Under the pieces are notes generated by a model. That model worked only from the letters and a program-made list of their open reading frames with translations. It searched no databases and was not told where the DNA came from. Below, one piece after another: positions 58,010 through 64,000 of a stretch of DNA of 64,000 nt. Each line of letters begins with the position of its first letter. The first letter of the stretch is position 1. Position numbers and translations under genes: made by a program. Origin of the DNA: the human T2T-CHM13v2.0 reference genome, Homo sapiens; NCBI RefSeq assembly GCF_009914755.1, contig NC_060933.1, one strand, 5' to 3'.

Positions 58010-58367
58010 TGTATTAGTTCCTTTTCACACTGCTGATAAAGACATATCTTAGACTGGGTAATTTATGAAGCAAAAGAGGTTTAATTAACTCACAGCTCTC
58101 CATGACTGGGGAGACTTCACAATCATGGCAGAAGATGAAAGGCATGTTTCACCTGGTGGAAGGGAAGAAAGAATTTGAGCAGGGAAGCTCCCCTTTATAA
58201 AACCACAGATCTCATGAGACTTACTCATTATCATGAGAACAGCACAGGAAATACCCACCCCCATGATTCAATTACATCCCACCAGCTCCCTCCCATGAGA
58301 CACGTGAGAACTGTGGGAGCTACAATTCAAGATGAGATTTGGGTGGGGACACAGCAAAATCGTATCA
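58010..58367 (-). mobile_element. THE1 (THE1B-like) MaLR solo LTR
   Basis: TGTATTAGTTCCTTTTCACACTGCTGATAAAGACATA..GATGAGATTTGGGTGGGGACACAGC..TATCA; flanks ATATG/ATATT (4 of 5 match). Confidence 0.92.
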
Positions 58368-60347
58368 ATATTGATATATCACTTTTATAATCATTATTTA
58401 TTTGATTCTCACAGGTACTCCTGTGAAGGAGGGATGAAGGGGAAAAGAGAATGCAGGAGGAAGGAAGCATTGGCCATAAATCTACAAGAGGCTAGGCGTT
58501 TCATTTACTTTACCTTATTGAGATTTGGGGATACTTCAGAGCATCATAATTTAATTATTAATCCTGTTTTGCAGTTCAGGAAGGTTTCAGGTCAAAAGGC
58601 TAGTGTTCAGGGAAATACTAGAGCTGATGCACGTTTACCAGTTCACACTTCCTTCAACTATGTGTAATTGAACATGCACAAGTGCTTTAGGGAACTCCAG
58701 CTGGGTATCCTACCACTCCCTGGAACTCAAACACAAAACTAGACTCTTGATTACTCTCTTTTTAATCTTCTGCCCCAGGCAGGTGGCTTCGTCTCCCCTA
58801 TGTCAATTTCTGCAAGTGTAAAATGAGAATGCTAATAATTTTCTTAAAGAGTTAGTATAAGATTCAAATTAGTTAATACATTAAAGTTCTTAAAATAAGA
58901 CCTCATATGTAGTAAGCTCTCAATAAATGTCACCTGTCTATCGATCATCACCATTATTATTAATTATGCTGTTTGTCCCTGTCTTGTGTAAAACAAACCA
59001 TACACAGTCACCTTAGGTTCTTGTGTTTCCTTCAGTGTCTTCCTTACCCTCTTATCAAGCACCAAGTCCTGTTGATTCTAACCTAAAACCTGTCTTCCAT
59101 CTTGATCGCCCACTGTTATGATGACTTAGTGAAAAACCAAATAATAGTAGAGATTTTATTGATATGGCAGCTAGCTTTCAAAACTGAAGCTAAAGGATCA
59201 ATGAATATGAGGCTCAGGAGGTCAAGATGTCCCTCAGAGAGGAGAGATACAAAAAATGAAGGCTGATTAACAGAAGATATAAATGATCATTTCAGCAACC
59301 TAAACATGTCCTACTTTCCCTGGTTTAACAGGCTGAGGGAGAAAAGAGCATCCTCCGTCTACAGAAGTCTTTTCAAAATCTAAGTCAATGTCTGTTCTGC
59401 TAGTTTAGTCAGCTTAATGGAGAACAATTGAGCTACTTATCCTTGACCTGTGAATTCAGGAGCCATGTGGAATATATTTCTAAATAGGTGGTAAAACAAT
59501 CACAACATTAAAAGCAGAGAGACCATTGTTAGAATTATTGGATGTGTGATTTTAGAGTATGTATCTTCAGTTCTCTGAGACTAGTTTCCCTCTTTGGTAG
59601 TTAAAGATCATAATATTTATCTCATGGGGCTTTTATGAAGATGAAATGTATGTCATCAATCTTGCACATACGAGGAAATCAATAAATGGTAGCTATTATC
59701 TTATTATTGTGAATGATAAAATGAGTAAAACATGGCCATTTTGTCTTGGTAAAAAGGAAGAAGCAAACAAACATTTATGAATTAATATTTAATGAGTGAC
59801 AACTCTATGCCATATAATATGTATTTTTATATGTATATACACACATTTAATCCGTCTTTGTTAATAGTTAATAATTTTTATTAAAGTTAATGATTATTAA
59901 TAGGTAATGGCTGTTAATCATATCATAGCTTTAACAACAATATCTCAAATTAGGTTGATAAAAAATAGATTGTAACAGTTGTAACTTAGAATAACCAAAT
60001 CATTTTATCCACTTGTAATAGAGAACAAAATTTAATAAATGCCTTAATAAAAACATAAGCCACAAATTTGGCAAATCTGGGTATTTTGTAAAGTATTGTG
60101 TAAAGAAAATGATTTTGTAGTCAATTAAGTTTGGCAAACAATGGATATAGAAATAAAATAGAGTTTATTCAGCCAGAATACTATAAATACAGTTTGGAAA
60201 AAAATAAAGTGCTAATGGAAGGTCTTGCTTCAATAAGTTTGTAAGATGTTAGTTCAAACAAGGTTGGCTTGAAAAAAATATACAATTAATAGGAGATCTT
60301 CCTTCAATAAGTTTTGGTAATGTTAGTTCAATGTTAATGAGATCTCT

Positions 60348-60742
<395 letters not shown>

Positions 60743-61139
60743 TCAGTCAATGTTTAACTATATAATTACAATTTTGCTTTGTCGTGATTGTTTTTGTTTG
60801 GTTGGTTTGGGGGAGAAATCTATGAAGCTAGTGTTTTAGCTGTTGTTTTTCTGTTTGCTTTCTGTTTGTTTGTTTGTTTGAAACAAACAAGCTTTTAGAA
60901 ATAGCTTCTATAAGATTCAAGAGAGAAGATCTTTACGATACTTTGTGTAACAAAGACTACTAGTTTTCTCTAGTATCCATTCTCTTTTCTATCATAAAAC
61001 CTGTAAATTTTAGCCCAACACAAACCATTTAGAACAGATATTATCTTTACCAGGCTTCCTGATATGATCAATTTCTGGTGAATAGAATAAAAAAGTGCTA
61101 TTTGCAAGTTCCAGGAAATGTTCTATAAGAGAATGTATT

Positions 61140-61328
61140 CCACAAATGTTTTTCTGTAAAGAGCCAGATAGCAAATAGTTTCTGCTTTGCAAACAATACA
61201 GTCTCTCTCTCAACTACTCAACTCTGCCATTGTAGTTTGAAAGTAATCATAGATAATGTAGACACAAATGTAAACAAATGTTCATAGCTGTGTTCCTATA
61301 AAACTTTATTCATAAAAATAAGCAGCAC
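61140..61328 (-). mobile_element. MER58A fragment
   Basis: TTTTCTGTAAAGAGCCAGATAG..CAACTACTCAACTCTGCCATTGTAG..GCTGTGTTCCTATAAAACTTTATT. Confidence 0.85.
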
Positions 61329-61329
61329 A

Positions 61330-64000
61330 ATGCACCTAAATACAGTGGGCATTACATGTAAAACAAATATAAGACTGATAGGTTTTAAGAGGAAGAAGAC
61401 TCTTCAGAGACCTTGGGCGGTAATGGATGGCATGGTAGTGAGTTCCTTGAGTTCTCATTTATAGATCCCAGAGTTGAAGAAGCTGACCACCCACAGACAC
61501 CTGTGGACAGAGACAGAGAAAGCCCCAACAAAACCCCAATCTCTAGTCAAAAGACAACGAAAGGATCTTTTTAGCAAGAAGGAAAATTTGTACAGAATAA
61601 CTGTTCTACTCCAGGCCGGAAGAAAAAGTGTTCCTCATGCTCACCCATATCAGCAATGACCAAGTGGAGAACCTAGACATTCACTCTCATGAAGCTAGAA
61701 AGAGACACCCAACATCCCCGTTGAGGTGGTGTCAGAGAAGGCAAAGTAGGAAGCTGGGATCCCTATGGTGCCTTGGAGACCACATAGGAAGCCTGGGCTT
61801 CCACACCCACTCTACAGTTACAAACTATTTCTATTCCTCCTCAGAGGTGGCCTATGGAGAATCAGCCCTACACCATCACCAAGTGGTAACTAGGCCACCT
61901 TCAGCACAGTATCGGTGGAGACCATTCAGGAAGCTGACAGTAATAAGGAGTGATGAGAAGCAGAATGAGAAATGTTTCCTGCTTAGTGACAATGAAGGTC
62001 AAGTAGGAAACCTGGACTTCCTGACAATGTAATGAGGCAGTAGCCCCTTTTTCTGAAGTAGTGTCAGAGAAAGTTAGCTGAAAAGAGATTTAAATAAGAT
62101 AGAGAATCTCATAACATAATGTGAAAAAATATAGGTTTTCACAGAATATGACTTCACACAAAGAACCAAGAAGGTCTTAAACCAAATGGAAAAAAAAGAC
62201 AATCAATATATGTCACACTAAGATAACCAAGAACATAGAATTATCTGACAAAGATTTTAAAGTAGCCATGACAGAAAAAAATGATTCAATAAGCAATTAC
62301 AAACAGGCTTAAAACAAATTATAAAAATAAAAAGTCTCAGCAAAGAAACTGAAAATATAAAGAAGAACTAAATGAAAATTATAAAGCAGAAAAATACAAT
62401 AACCAAAATAAAAATGTTCAATGGATAGGGTCATCAGCAGATGGAGGACACCAAGGAAAGTACCAGTAAACTGGAAGAGAGAACAATAGAAATCACTTAA
62501 TCTGAACAACAAATATAAAATAGGTTGAAAAATATGAGTAAATCTCAGAGAGCAGTGGGGCTATAACAAAAGGTTTAGCATTTCTGTCATCAACTTCCCA
62601 GAAAGAAAGGAGAAAAATGGCACAGCTAAAATGATACTCAAAGATGTGAAGGCTGAAAACTTCTTAAGTTTGTCAAGCCATAAACCTAGCCATAAACACC
62701 CGGGTGGGCCTGTAGTCCCACCTAGTTGGGAGGATCACTTGGCTCCAGAAGTTTGAGGTTGCAATGTACTAGGATTGATTTCCCCTGTGAATAACCACCA
62801 CACTCCAACCCAGACAATATAGCAAGACTCTATCTCTTAATTTTTTCAGTAATCAAAAAAGGCATAAGTCTACAGATTCAATAAGCTAAGCAAATTCCAA
62901 ATAGGATAAACTGAAAGATGAAAACACACACCAAGACACATTATAACTTCTGAAAGTAGGAGCCAAACACAAAATCTTGACAGTGGCAAGAAAAAAAAAA
63001 TGACATCTCATTAACAAGAGAAAAGCACTTAAAATGACTGCATATTTTTTATCATGATGGCCAAAAAGGAATTGCACAATATTTTTCAAATGTTGAAAAT
63101 AAAGGGCTGGCAAACCAGAATCCTACACCCAGCCAAAATATGCTTTAGAAATGAAGAGGAAATAAAGACATTCTAAGATCAAGGAAAACTGAGAAGATTC
63201 GTTGTTAGCCAATATGCCCTAAATGAATTTAATAAAGTTCCCAAAACAGAAATAAAAGAATAATTTTAAGAATCCTTAGAATACACAAAAATATGGGGAA
63301 ATGTAACAGGCATTCCTTTCCTTTTTCTAAATTGAATTTGATAGATGAAGCAAAGGCATATTGTTGTCTGATTTCTACCTGTTTGTATATGAAATTATAT
63401 TTTAAGTAGAGGAAGGTAAAAAGACAGTAAGGGAGCTAAGATTTCTGTACTTCATTCAAATTGGTAAAATGATGGCACCAGTAGACCATATATATGCATA
63501 TATGATGTAATACCTAGAGCAAACATTAAAAAGTTTGTAACACAGCAAACATTAAAAAGTTATTCAAAGACATAAACTTAAGAAACTAATGATAAATCAA
63601 GATGGAATTCAAGAAAAATGTTTAAGTAAGTAATTTATGGGAAGACAGAAAAAAGTAAACAGACAACAATGAAAGAAAACAAACAGGAAAAATATAGAAT
63701 AGCAGACTTAAGTCCTAATATATTAAAATATATTAAATATAAAATGTCTAAATATACCAACTGAATAGACAGGGATTGGCAGATTGGATTAAAAATATGG
63801 CTGAACTAAAGATTTTCTATAAGAAATACACCTTAATATAACAATACAGTCAGATTAAAGGTGAAAATATCATAGTACATGTATCATGAAATTATTAATC
63901 AAAGGAAACCAGGAGGAATATATTAATATCAAATAAATTAGACTTCAAAGCAAATAAAATTACCACGAAAGGTATTATATATTGATAAAAGTGTCAGTCC
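61330..64000 (+). mobile_element. Old L1M element (5' region, ORF1, start of ORF2), running off the window end
   Basis: GAATTATCTGACAAAGATTTTAAAGTAGC, CAAACCAGAATCCTACACCCAGCCAAAATATGCTTTAGAAATGAAGAGGAAATAAAGACATT (ORF1 C-terminal region); TATTAATATCAAATAAATTAGACTTCAAAGC (ORF2 endonuclease). Confidence 0.8.
62700..62838 (+). mobile_element. FAM (fossil Alu monomer, 7SL-derived)
   Basis: GCCTGTAGTCCCA..GGGAGGATCACTTG..CCTGTGAATAACCACCACACTCCAACC..CAATATAGCAAGACTCTATCTCT. The CCTGTGAATAGCCAC-type segment is retained in 7SL/FAM but absent from dimeric Alu. Confidence 0.8.

Noticed and set aside
62700-62838. 7SL (SRP) RNA gene
   Set aside because: It lacks the S domain, is heavily diverged and is embedded in an L1; it fits a FAM fossil.

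Overview
This is AT-rich primate, almost certainly human, non-coding genomic DNA (intergenic or deep intronic). Two Alus match the human-specific young subfamilies AluYa5 and AluYd8. I see no protein-coding exon, RNA gene, CpG island or prokaryotic-type system. The longest ORFs in the track are L1 ORF2 remnants; many others come from Alu or microsatellite sequence, and the rest show no recognisable protein similarity. The window is a mosaic of interspersed repeats: 11 Alus and one FAM; L1PA, L1MA, L1MC and L1M fragments, including a nested cluster at about 16.6-20.8 kb with a 5'-inverted L1PA; solo LTRs (THE1 x2, MLT1 x7, one MER41B-like with STAT motifs); DNA-transposon fossils (MER58A x4, MADE2, MER5, Tigger); many MIR/L2 copies; and several microsatellites. 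The most notable non-routine observations are: (1) a compound templated insertion in an MLT1A LTR, where a 22-bp back-copy is followed by a ~190-bp copy of sequence lying 2.1 kb downstream; (2) several small inverted/templated repair scars (inside the L1PA, in an AluY 3' end, in a TG/TA microsatellite); (3) two candidate polymorphic young Alus; (4) a MER41B-like LTR with one intact GAS site and one N4-spaced STAT6-type site. I found no evidence for a new biological system. Subfamily names come from my recall of consensus sequences, not from a search, and boundaries of old repeats are approximate.
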